Virus record (IMG/VR): IMGVR_UViG_3300025277_000144
Coordinates: 1-25,051 of that record
DNA from: a virus
Lineage: Duplodnaviria > Caudoviricetes
Length of the DNA stretch: 25,051 bases
Direction: 5' to 3' (one strand)
Below are positions 1 to 7,817 of the stretch, one piece after another. Below the pieces are notes generated by a model. It was not told the origin of the DNA. It worked only from the letters and a program-made list of their open reading frames with translations, and ran no database searches. The translations under genes and the position numbers were made by a program. The stretch's first letter is position 1, and the number at the start of each line of letters is the position of its first letter.

Positions 1-3000
1 CCCCCGAATCCTTTCGCACCGGCAGCGGCTCCGGTAACTGCCGCGTCTTTAGCATGTGCAGCAGCATCAGCGTCAGTTGCAACGGTATCCGACATGTGGG
101 CACTTGCATCCGCAGCGGCTGCGCGAGCAGCAACAACATCACTGGCAGCAGAATCATGCGCGGCAACAACCTTTTCCAGATCCGCAGAGGCTGCCGCTTC
201 AGCAGCAACAAGCTTGTCAAGGTCTGCTTTAGTCGCACCCTCGGCTAATGTAGCCGCCTTCACTTCCCCGGCAGCACGAGAGTGTGTGACAGCGGCTGCC
301 TCTACATCTGCCGCAAGACGCATTTCTGTAGCGCTAAGGGCTTCTATGTCTGCTGCCATCTTGGCTCGCTGAGCCGTTATTTCCTGCGCCTTGGCCTGTG
401 ATTCCAACATAGTCACTTTAGTATTATCCATTGTTGCCGCAGCATTTCCCTCCATCTGGGCAGCCTGATGCGCCATCCCCGCCGCCTGAAACTCTGCGGA
501 TTCGGCTGCGTGGAGATCTGCAAGGGCTTTTGTTTCTGCGGCGGTAGCACTCTCAACATCCATGGCAGCAGCTAGCTCTGCGGTGGAAGCTTGAGTCGCA
601 TTTGCAGCAATAATAGCTTCAGACGCACCAGCCTCATGTGCCTTTGAAGCGACAACAGCTTCAGACGCCCCAACTCCTTCCATTTCAGCCATGGTCTTAA
701 TTTGGAGAGCCCCAGTATTCTCCATCTGTGCCGCTATATTCGTTTGAGTGGCTGTAGCATCTGCTACCTGTGAAGCAATATGAGTTTCCGTAGCCCCAAT
801 TTGTTGGGCCTGAACTGTTATTACTCCTCGCGTGGAAGAGGCTTCTTGCGCCTTCGCAATAGCGGCATCGGTTGCCGCCATGGCATCGGCATGCACTGAA
901 GCAGCATGCTCCTTGGTGGCTATGGAGTCCGCATATGCAGCCGCCGTTGCGTCGGTTCTTGCCATCGCCTCTTCATGGGCCATTATAGACGCCAAGTGAT
1001 TAGCGGAGGAAGCGTCATATTGGGACTGTGCGTTCATCATTGTCGCCGCTGTATTATTGCGAGCGGCAACGGCAGCTTCTGTATCAGCCATAGCCTTATT
1101 CTCAGCCATAGCGGTTCCCTGTAGGTCTGCCAGAGCAGACTGCTCTTTGGCAACCTGCGCTGCCTTGATGGTAGCAATCTCCTCTACTCTGGTCTGGGTG
1201 GCCACTTTTGAGGCTGTGATCTCTTCTAATTTGACTATAGCGGCAGCCTCTGTCTGCGCAATCTCGCTGACCTTGGACAAGGCGGCTGCGTCTGAGGCGG
1301 TGGCCTGAGCTATATCGGAAACTGCAACAGCTTGTCCGGTAGCAGCCTGTTCTGCGTTTACGACAGCATTAGCTCTTCCGGTAGTAGCCTGTTCTGCGTT
1401 GGCCCCAGCGGCGGCTTGCGCTGCCCCAGCATTCTCAGCGTTGCTCTCGGCAGCAGCAGTGGCAGCAATAGCTTGTTGTTCGTTGGCAGCAGTAACCTGA
1501 GTAGAAGACGCTACTTGCCCTTCTGTCACCGCCTTCTCTCCCGCCTTAGCGGCTGTCATGCTCTTTATGGCTTCTGCCGCCTGCATGGCAGCAAAACCAA
1601 GCATGCTCACAGATATTAAAGAGCCTTCAAAGCTACTAAAGTCCAGCATTTGAAGGGCAAAGACAGCACTCGTAGCAGCCCCCATAAAGTTCATCATTGC
1701 CATTGATCGCGTTTGTGCAGCTTGCTGGACCATGTCCGCATCCACTTTGACTGCCGTAGCATGGAGATTGGTCGCACTAGTGTCAGCCGCCGTAGCAGCA
1801 GTATCGTTTGATGTGACATTTCTGTGCATCTGCATTACAGCAGAATCAGAAGAACTGGCATTGCCAAGATTCTTTACGCTAACAGAGGCCTCTATAGCAG
1901 CTTGATTCAGTAGATCAACACCTACGTTAGCTCCGGTATTCATCACTGGTCCGCCCGCTGGTCCGCCACCGAACTGCATGGGAACTCGACCACCCCTCTT
2001 AAATCCTCTCCTCCCAACATAACCGCCAGTTGCTGCGGGCATCCTCTTTGAGAACTTGCCCTCTGGGGTATATCCTTGGGCGAGAGCTTCTTGAGCAATA
2101 TCTTTTTTAACTATAAAAGATCCGGGAGCTAAGTCGGCCTCAACACTATCTCTACTTCCTGATCCGGGAACAAGAGAAACTCTACGTGGATCAATATTAA
2201 AAAGAGCATTTAAATTGCCAGCGGCTAGTTGCTTGCCTGTTTTAGGACTAACTCCCTGAACCTCCATTTCGCCCGGCATGAGAAGAGCTTCCAATCTTCC
2301 CTCCGCATTGAAGGGCTCAGTTGGAGCATAGCTTCCTTCTTGAGCCTTAGCTGCTCCTCCCCTGAATTGACCCGCATTGGCAATCAATACAGCTTCAATG
2401 GTCTGAGCAGCATAGGCATGAACCTTGCTCGTCAAACTTCCAAGGGTGTTGGCATTAAACGATGCTTTTGCGTCAACAGGACCCTCATTAAGATCTGGAA
2501 AAAGGCCCTTAAGGGGGCCTGCGCTTACAAAATCAAAGGTTGCATTTGGAGCACGAGGAACCACAACGCCGTCATTTTCCGTCTCCGACCAAGGCATACC
2601 AGCTTCAGCAAGGGCTCCTTCAAATATATTGCCAACGATTTGATCAATGTTAATTTGCTTCAAGTCGGTAGACAGTTTTTTCGCCGGAGGGAGTGCGTTC
2701 GGAATAGAACCCAGAACAAGCTGCGCGGTTTGGTCTACTACATTGCTGACACTTGTTGTGATCTCCTTTTCCATCTGTGCCGAGGTTGCAGCAGGAAGGC
2801 TTCTGGCTTGTAACATATAATCAAAATTATCGATGCCCTGCGCACCAAGCATCTTAACTACTTCCGACTGCTGGCCAGCTTTCATCTTTAGTCCTTTTTG
2901 ACCCTTTGTGGCTAAGCCAAGCTTCGCTCCTCCTGCAATCCCCGCTTTAGATGGGCCCTTGTTGCCCGGCAATGATTTGAACATGGCCATTTCGTTAATG

Positions 3001-5246
3001 ATTTCATTTCTCGATATGGAACCTCGCAAGTTTTCTTTTATTTGTCTAAAGTGATGTCCTTTTCCGCTCTTTGTCGAAGCGGGCTCGTTGGATGCCCTCA
3101 AGAAAACGGCCCCATAATTCTTCGGAACTTGCGTATCAATAAGCGCATTGACTTGTGGTCCAAAACCCGCTCCCGTCTCCTCAAGGCCTGCTCCCTGAAG
3201 GGTGCCATATTGCCCCTTTCCTCTGAAACTATCCCCCACTGGAGCCAACCTGCCTTTTGGCCCCCCCATTATCTGCGGCAGCATTGTTGTGGGACGCATG
3301 CCTGCTGGCTGCATTCCGTAGGCCATCCCAACCCTTCCCCCTCTTGAAAAACGAGTTCTTCCTCCCCGCCGAACTCCTCCTCCTCCTGAAAAGCCTCTCC
3401 CTCTGGGTCCCGGCATCGGGGCACGCCCACCACCGCCGCCCATCATAGGAATCCGCGACATGGAAGTCGTAAGCCTCTCCATAGAAGCCGTAAGCTTCTG
3501 TAGGGAAGTTTTGAAGGAGGTCGACAGATTATCAATTTTGGTGCCGAAGCCCTTTAGGTCTGTAGAAAGACCCGTTAACGCGTTTGTGTTGGGGCCAAGG
3601 GCGCTGGTATTATTTGCTAAATTATTAATAAGGTTTTGCTGCGCGGCACTTACTCCTGCTCCCCCACCGGCTCCCCCTCTTCCTCCTCTGGGGCCAGCAA
3701 CAGCACCGCCGACACGCTCACCCAACCCTCCGGCCCCACCCATTCCCTTGGTGGAACTCATAAATCCTGCTCCGAACGCAACCATACCCTTGCTAAGTTT
3801 GGTGGCTGCCATTGTAGCTAGGAGAGGCAACAGGGGCCTGATTGCATCTCCCATTTCGATGAAAGCATTTGCCGTATCGAGAGCCATTTTGGCTAGAGCC
3901 TGAAAGGTCTTTCCTTCGGTAACCTTACGAATAAAGTTGTCCCACTTAGCAGACAACTGCTCGAACTGTTTGGCCAATGGCTTCAGACCAAGCTCAACAT
4001 CTTTACCAAGGCCCTCGGCTGCTCCCTTTTGAGCTTCACCCAAAGCCCTTTCTGCTTTTTTAAATTCACGAATGGCGGGAATTAATTTGCCCACCTGACG
4101 CATACCACCCAACTCTTCCGTAATAGCAGACAGGGTGACGGCATCTCCCCTTTGAATAATTTTATCAAGCTCTGTAGAAAGCTTTTTAAACGAATTAAAA
4201 AGACCAATAAACTTACCATCAGCATCCGTAAGATTAACCCCCAGCTCTCGAAGCATTTCAATAGTGCCACGGCGCTGAATTCTGGTAAAGATAGTTCTTA
4301 AGCCCGTAGCAATCGTTTCTGCGGACTCTCTCGTAGTGGAACGGACGGCAGTAAAGATACTAATAAATTCTTGGAGTGCTTCAATTGGTTCCTGAGTCTG
4401 TTTTGCGGCAAGAGCAAACACACCGCCAGCACGCCGAATAGCAGCAACCATATCCTGCGATTCAACAGCAAATTTCTTGGACACTTGATTTAATGATCCA
4501 AGCACTGCTTCCGATTCAGAAGCCGCTATCTTAAACTGAGCAAGGGAAGCGATAAGACCTTCCGCAGTATTCTCCATCTCACCGAAGGTGGGAGCAAGAC
4601 TAGATCGGGCGATGGCCCTCATGGACGATTCTACTTCACGTATGCTCTGTCCCGTTTGAGCAAACAGCCTTGCTATATTGGCAAGCTCGTTGGCGTCAAC
4701 GCCCAATGCCACAGAAACTTCAGTAACAGATTTCTTGAGACCGCCAAGCTGCTTTTGAGTTCTACCGGTAATTTGCTGGAGCTTGATAAGAGATCTTTCA
4801 AACTCAAGAGCCTTTCCTGTGGCTTCTGTTATGGCACTTCCAAGTCTGAAAACAGTAGCTGTAACAATAGCTGCTGCGGCAAATCTCTTGAAGGTTAGGG
4901 CTGTCTCACGCCCCAGCATATGCATTGCGCCTGCCGCCTGCTGAGCGTTCCCTTTAATTCCCTTTAAATTGTTACTAAGTCGCCCTGCCCCAGTTCCTGT
5001 TTTCTGAAGAGCCGCCCCTGTTCTTGTTGCTGTAGTTCCTACTGCCTGCACATGCTTTTGTGCGGTCGCTGCCGTTGAGCCCATTTTTGAGAGCTGATTA
5101 TTAAGTTTAGAAACCCCTTTGGTTCCTTGAGTCTGAAGGTTAATGGGAACATTGATGCCACCAAGCTGGGTTTTGATCTGGTTCGTAACTGCCTGAATAT
5201 TCTTCGGACCCTGAAGAATTACGTGGGCATTAATGTTAAAAGCCAT
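1..5246 (-). CDS. Tape measure protein (3' end beyond window; at least 1748 aa; not in supplied ORF track)
   Basis: ATG at 5246 (MAFNINAHVILQGPKNIQAV...). Manual translation found no stop down to the window edge (...TGAAAGAKGFG), and the frame checks at 2460-2640 and 3-53. The N-terminal part has typical TMP-domain text (ALEFERSLIKLQQITG, KKFAVESQD, RSTTRESAETIATGLRTIFTR, LRELGV). It also has a PGSGSRDSV..LAPGSFIVKK motif and a long Ala-rich helical region, and it lies downstream of tail tube and chaperone-like genes. Confidence 0.92.
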   Translation of the reverse strand, partial: MAFNINAHVILQGPKNIQAVTNQIKTQLGGINVPINLQTQGTKGVSKLNNQLSKMGSTAATAQKHVQAVGTTATRTGAALQKTGTGAGRLSNNLKGIKGNAQQAAGAMHMLGRETALTFKRFAAAAIVTATVFRLGSAITEATGKALEFERSLIKLQQITGRTQKQLGGLKKSVTEVSVALGVDANELANIARLFAQTGQSIREVESSMRAIARSSLAPTFGEMENTAEGLIASLAQFKIAASESEAVLGSLNQVSKKFAVESQDMVAAIRRAGGVFALAAKQTQEPIEALQEFISIFTAVRSTTRESAETIATGLRTIFTRIQRRGTIEMLRELGVNLTDADGKFIGLFNSFKKLSTELDKIIQRGDAVTLSAITEELGGMRQVGKLIPAIREFKKAERALGEAQKGAAEGLGKDVELGLKPLAKQFEQLSAKWDNFIRKVTEGKTFQALAKMALDTANAFIEMGDAIRPLLPLLATMAATKLSKGMVAFGAGFMSSTKGMGGAGGLGERVGGAVAGPRGGRGGAGGGAGVSAAQQNLINNLANNTSALGPNTNALTGLSTDLKGFGTKIDNLSTSFKTSLQKLTASMERLTTSMSRIPMMGGGGGRAPMPGPRGRGFSGGGGVRRGGRTRFSRGGRVGMAYGMQPAGMRPTTMLPQIMGGPKGRLAPVGDSFRGKGQYGTLQGAGLEETGAGFGPQVNALIDTQVPKNYGAVFLRASNEPASTKSGKGHHFRQIKENLRGSISRNEIINEMAMFKSLPGNKGPSKAGIAGGAKLGLATKGQKGLKMKAGQQSEVVKMLGAQGIDNFDYMLQARSLPAATSAQMEKEITTSVSNVVDQTAQLVLGSIPNALPPAKKLSTDLKQINIDQIVGNIFEGALAEAGMPWSETENDGVVVPRAPNATFDFVSAGPLKGLFPDLNEGPVDAKASFNANTLGSLTSKVHAYAAQTIEAVLIANAGQFRGGAAKAQEGSYAPTEPFNAEGRLEALLMPGEMEVQGVSPKTGKQLAAGNLNALFNIDPRRVSLVPGSGSRDSVEADLAPGSFIVKKDIAQEALAQGYTPEGKFSKRMPAATGGYVGRRGFKRGGRVPMQFGGGPAGGPVMNTGANVGVDLLNQAAIEASVSVKNLGNASSSDSAVMQMHRNVTSNDTAATAADTSATNLHATAVKVDADMVQQAAQTRSMAMMNFMGAATSAVFALQMLDFSSFEGSLISVSMLGFAAMQAAEAIKSMTAAKAGEKAVTEGQVASSTQVTAANEQQAIAATAAAESNAENAGAAQAAAGANAEQATTGRANAVVNAEQAATGQAVAVSDIAQATASDAAALSKVSEIAQTEAAAIVKLEEITASKVATQTRVEEIATIKAAQVAKEQSALADLQGTAMAENKAMADTEAAVAARNNTAATMMNAQSQYDASSANHLASIMAHEEAMARTDATAAAYADSIATKEHAASVHADAMAATDAAIAKAQEASSTRGVITVQAQQIGATETHIASQVADATATQTNIAAQMENTGALQIKTMAEMEGVGASEAVVASKAHEAGASEAIIAANATQASTAELAAAMDVESATAAETKALADLHAAESAEFQAAGMAHQAAQMEGNAAATMDNTKVTMLESQAKAQEITAQRAKMAADIEALSATEMRLAADVEAAAVTHSRAAGEVKAATLAEGATKADLDKLVAAEAAASADLEKVVAAHDSAASDVVAARAAAADASAHMSDTVATDADAAAHAKDAAVTGAAAGAKGFG

Positions 5247-5260
5247 GCTACATAAACCTT

Positions 5261-5311
5261 AAAAAAAATGGCCATACCGCAAGACAGGGGGTGTCTAGTA
5301 AGTATGACCAC
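5261..5311 (-). terminator. Intrinsic terminator-like hairpin upstream of the tape measure gene
   Basis: Minus strand reads TGGTCATAC-TTACT-AGACA-CCCCC-TGTCT-TGCG-GTATGGCCA followed by T8: a two-part stem with a U-tract in the intergenic gap. Confidence 0.7.
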
Positions 5312-5321
5312 TTATCCGTTT

Positions 5322-6344
5322 TTATTCTTCGGATGCCTCGTCGACCTCAGCATCTTCAGTTTCTTCTTGTGCTTGTCCGGTCTCGGCCTCCTCTTCGGCT
5401 TCTACCTCGTCTTCGACTTCGGCTTCTGCCTTTGGCTCGGCCTTCTTCTTTTTAGGCTGCTTTTTAGCTGCGGTAGCTTTCTTTGCACGGGGCTTTTTCT
5501 TTGGCTTCTCTTCTTCAGCCTCGTCTTCTACGTCTTCGGTAGCCTCTTCAATGGGTTCTCCCTTGTCGTCTAAAAATGGACTAAATTCTACGTCATAGTC
5601 TCCGGCGTCATTGACTGTTCTTCCTTCGGTATCAACATGTTCAAAATCTTCATCGTTAATCCACCTAATAAGACTTCCGAACTCATCGATATGACGACCG
5701 TCTCGATTAACTAGCCTTCCGTTGTCATCAACAAGTCGGTAATCGTCATTAACAAAATTAAATCGCTTCAGAAATTGATTCTCTGGAAGCCTTTCATCAA
5801 CATTCTCGCTTCCCGAAAGAAGGTAGTAAAAATGGGATGCTCCAGCAAGGGCGACCGGGTCATCCTGATTTAACAGATAGTCATCCAATCCGTTGTCAAA
5901 ATACGATTCGTCCGTATCATCATACACCAAACAAACCGCAAAAAGATAGTTGAAACGAGAGGCATCTGCCTTCCCCTCACACGTATTAGAGTCCAAATCC
6001 GTGCGACTGGAAAGCAACGTAATCATCTGCTGCCGGGCATCAGACATTTCCATCGCAACCTTCTTTGCGTTAGCCAGTTTAATGCCACCCTTTTTCAGCT
6101 TATATTCCCCGTCAAGAATAGACTGTCTCAGCCCTTGGTACTCCTCTTCTCGGCCATCGCTCCAAAGCTTTCTTTTGCGCAGCTCAGATTCGAGCTGTTC
6201 TCGCAACATGTCGCCTCGCTGAAGAGCCTCATTAAAGCTCTGAGATCGAATCTCGTTTGCCTTTCGAATCTCGTCTACCTTCGGTCTCCGAACCGCATAC
6301 ATTTTTCCATCTACTTCAAAACTCTTTTTATTTTCATCAGCCAT
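5322..6344 (-). CDS. Putative tail assembly chaperone with acidic/Lys-rich low-complexity C-terminus
   Basis: Directly upstream of the TMP gene. Start revised to ATG 6344 (MADENKK), preceded by GAGGAG. Helical N-terminal domain; C-terminal tail rich in E/D/K/A. Confidence 0.6.
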   Translation of the reverse strand: MADENKKSFEVDGKMYAVRRPKVDEIRKANEIRSQSFNEALQRGDMLREQLESELRKRKLWSDGREEEYQGLRQSILDGEYKLKKGGIKLANAKKVAMEMSDARQQMITLLSSRTDLDSNTCEGKADASRFNYLFAVCLVYDDTDESYFDNGLDDYLLNQDDPVALAGASHFYYLLSGSENVDERLPENQFLKRFNFVNDDYRLVDDNGRLVNRDGRHIDEFGSLIRWINDEDFEHVDTEGRTVNDAGDYDVEFSPFLDDKGEPIEEATEDVEDEAEEEKPKKKPRAKKATAAKKQPKKKKAEPKAEAEVEDEVEAEEEAETGQAQEETEDAEVDEASEE

Positions 6345-6702
6345 TTTCGTACTCCTCATCATCCTCATGGTTTACAATAAAATTAGTTACATATCTATTC
6401 CAAGAAATAGTATACTGGGCTATTTCACTCTGGGATGCCCTCAAATTAGAATTTCCCAAATCTAAAATCTTTGTTCTCGCTTCTTCCCACGCCTCCCTCC
6501 ATTCTAGTTCTTCTTCCGTTAATTCATTATAGTTGATTCCATGACCCCATAGTTCTCCAAAAAACTCTTCTATTATAGCAAGAGACCCTATGGTAGTAGT
6601 GTCAAATTTCTTTTTTATATTATTAAGCAGCCTTTTCTTAGAAGAGTCCTTAAATTTAGCCTTTCTGGGATCATTTCGGGATGGTCTCCCCTTCTCGCTC
6701 AT
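6337..6702 (-). CDS. Hypothetical phage protein (tail module)
   Basis: 121-aa ORF tightly packed between its neighbours; its stop overlaps the start of the next gene. Confidence 0.7.
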   Translation of the reverse strand: MSEKGRPSRNDPRKAKFKDSSKKRLLNNIKKKFDTTTIGSLAIIEEFFGELWGHGINYNELTEEELEWREAWEEARTKILDLGNSNLRASQSEIAQYTISWNRYVTNFIVNHEDDEEYENG

Positions 6703-6707
6703 AGTAT

Positions 6708-7796
6708 TTACCTTTGTCCTTTCACTTGTTCCATCATCTGATTGCGAAGTTTCATTTTAACATCTTTCAAGTCCGTTTCATCTAGAGGCTGTTCCGAACT
6801 CTTTATTTGCTGGAATCGGCTCCGTAGCATACCCTTTTCTGTCTCATCGTTAACAGAATATATCTCTTGCCCCTCTGAATGAGTATCGGCCAGAACGTAC
6901 AGCTCGTCTCCCTCTTGGTCTGCTATCTCATCAATACGCTTCTTTTTCTTTTCGTTCTCCCTCTTTCTGTTTTCAAATATCATCCAACCATCAAACATGT
7001 CATGATCATTAATTACCTCATCGTCAGGGCAGTCTGGGTGCTGAGCAGCATTGTCATACATTTTACAGACAGCAACCATGGCTCTTTGGTATTGGTTTAA
7101 ATGAGAGGAGGGTATAATAACGGCCTCGCTCTGCGTAGGCCCGAATAGGTTAAGCATGGGGTTTCCAAAAAGATTTTGCTTGCTAACCATCCAGTAGCTT
7201 CTCCACGGTTCATTTCTAGCAATATCCCTCATTTGTTCCTGAGTAATAACGTCACTCTCCCTAGCCTCATATGCTTGTTCCATTAATGTAGAATCCTTCA
7301 CGCCAAAATCTTTCTCAGAATATAATCGTTTGTTGTCTTCATCAAAGGTACATACTGCGGCTAAAAACTGATTTTTAATCGCTCGTCTATGATATTCTAA
7401 TGTCATGGGGGTAATAGAATATTTCCTGCTAAATGCCTCCAATATAGAATCCTTAATCCCCTTGAGCTTTTTTCGTATTGAGTCTTGTGCTTTTTTATTA
7501 TAAAGGCTTTTAAATAGAGCCTCCTTAAGGTCTTCTAGATTCTTGTCCCCCTCTTTCATTGCTTCTTCATCTTGATACGTCCATATTCCCTTGTTGTGTA
7601 AATATTCCTTGGCCTCTTCTTCAGATAAGAGCTGTTTAAATGAAACTCCAACTGAATCCTCTAAGGATATTTCCTCCGCCAAAAGCAATTGTTCTGGTGT
7701 TGGATTAATTATCTTGTATCTCTTTTTTTTAAACGCAAAAAAGGTTATTCCTGATAGTAACTTTATGGCTAACCTTTCCCTTTCGTGATCTTCCAT
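6708..7796 (-). CDS. Hypothetical tail-module protein, possibly tail assembly chaperone-like
   Basis: 362-aa charged helical ORF with AAGGA RBS. Motifs IARNEPWRSYW and MYDN...HPDCPDDEVINDHDMFDGW. Function inferred from position only. Confidence 0.55.
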   Translation of the reverse strand: MEDHERERLAIKLLSGITFFAFKKKRYKIINPTPEQLLLAEEISLEDSVGVSFKQLLSEEEAKEYLHNKGIWTYQDEEAMKEGDKNLEDLKEALFKSLYNKKAQDSIRKKLKGIKDSILEAFSRKYSITPMTLEYHRRAIKNQFLAAVCTFDEDNKRLYSEKDFGVKDSTLMEQAYEARESDVITQEQMRDIARNEPWRSYWMVSKQNLFGNPMLNLFGPTQSEAVIIPSSHLNQYQRAMVAVCKMYDNAAQHPDCPDDEVINDHDMFDGWMIFENRKRENEKKKKRIDEIADQEGDELYVLADTHSEGQEIYSVNDETEKGMLRSRFQQIKSSEQPLDETDLKDVKMKLRNQMMEQVKGQR

Positions 7797-7817
7797 AGTT
7801 CCTTAGCCGTTCAGTTA

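Noticed and set aside
54-4898. Numerous plus-strand ORFs (e.g. 2229-2813, 3460-3903) and the short minus ORF 4082-4270
   Set aside because: They are shadows of the continuous minus-strand tape measure frame, with no recognisable protein features.
5923-5929. Sixth TGGTGTA occurrence
   Set aside because: It is mid-CDS, about 680 nt from the next start and lacks a nearby RBS/ATG. One or two chance hits are expected.
7720-7733. A AAA AAG slippery heptamer in the 6708-7796 gene as a tail-chaperone frameshift
   Set aside because: It lies at about codon 23-25, not near the gene end, and simply encodes FKKKR. No G/GT-type frameshift site was evident at the ends of the chaperone-like genes.
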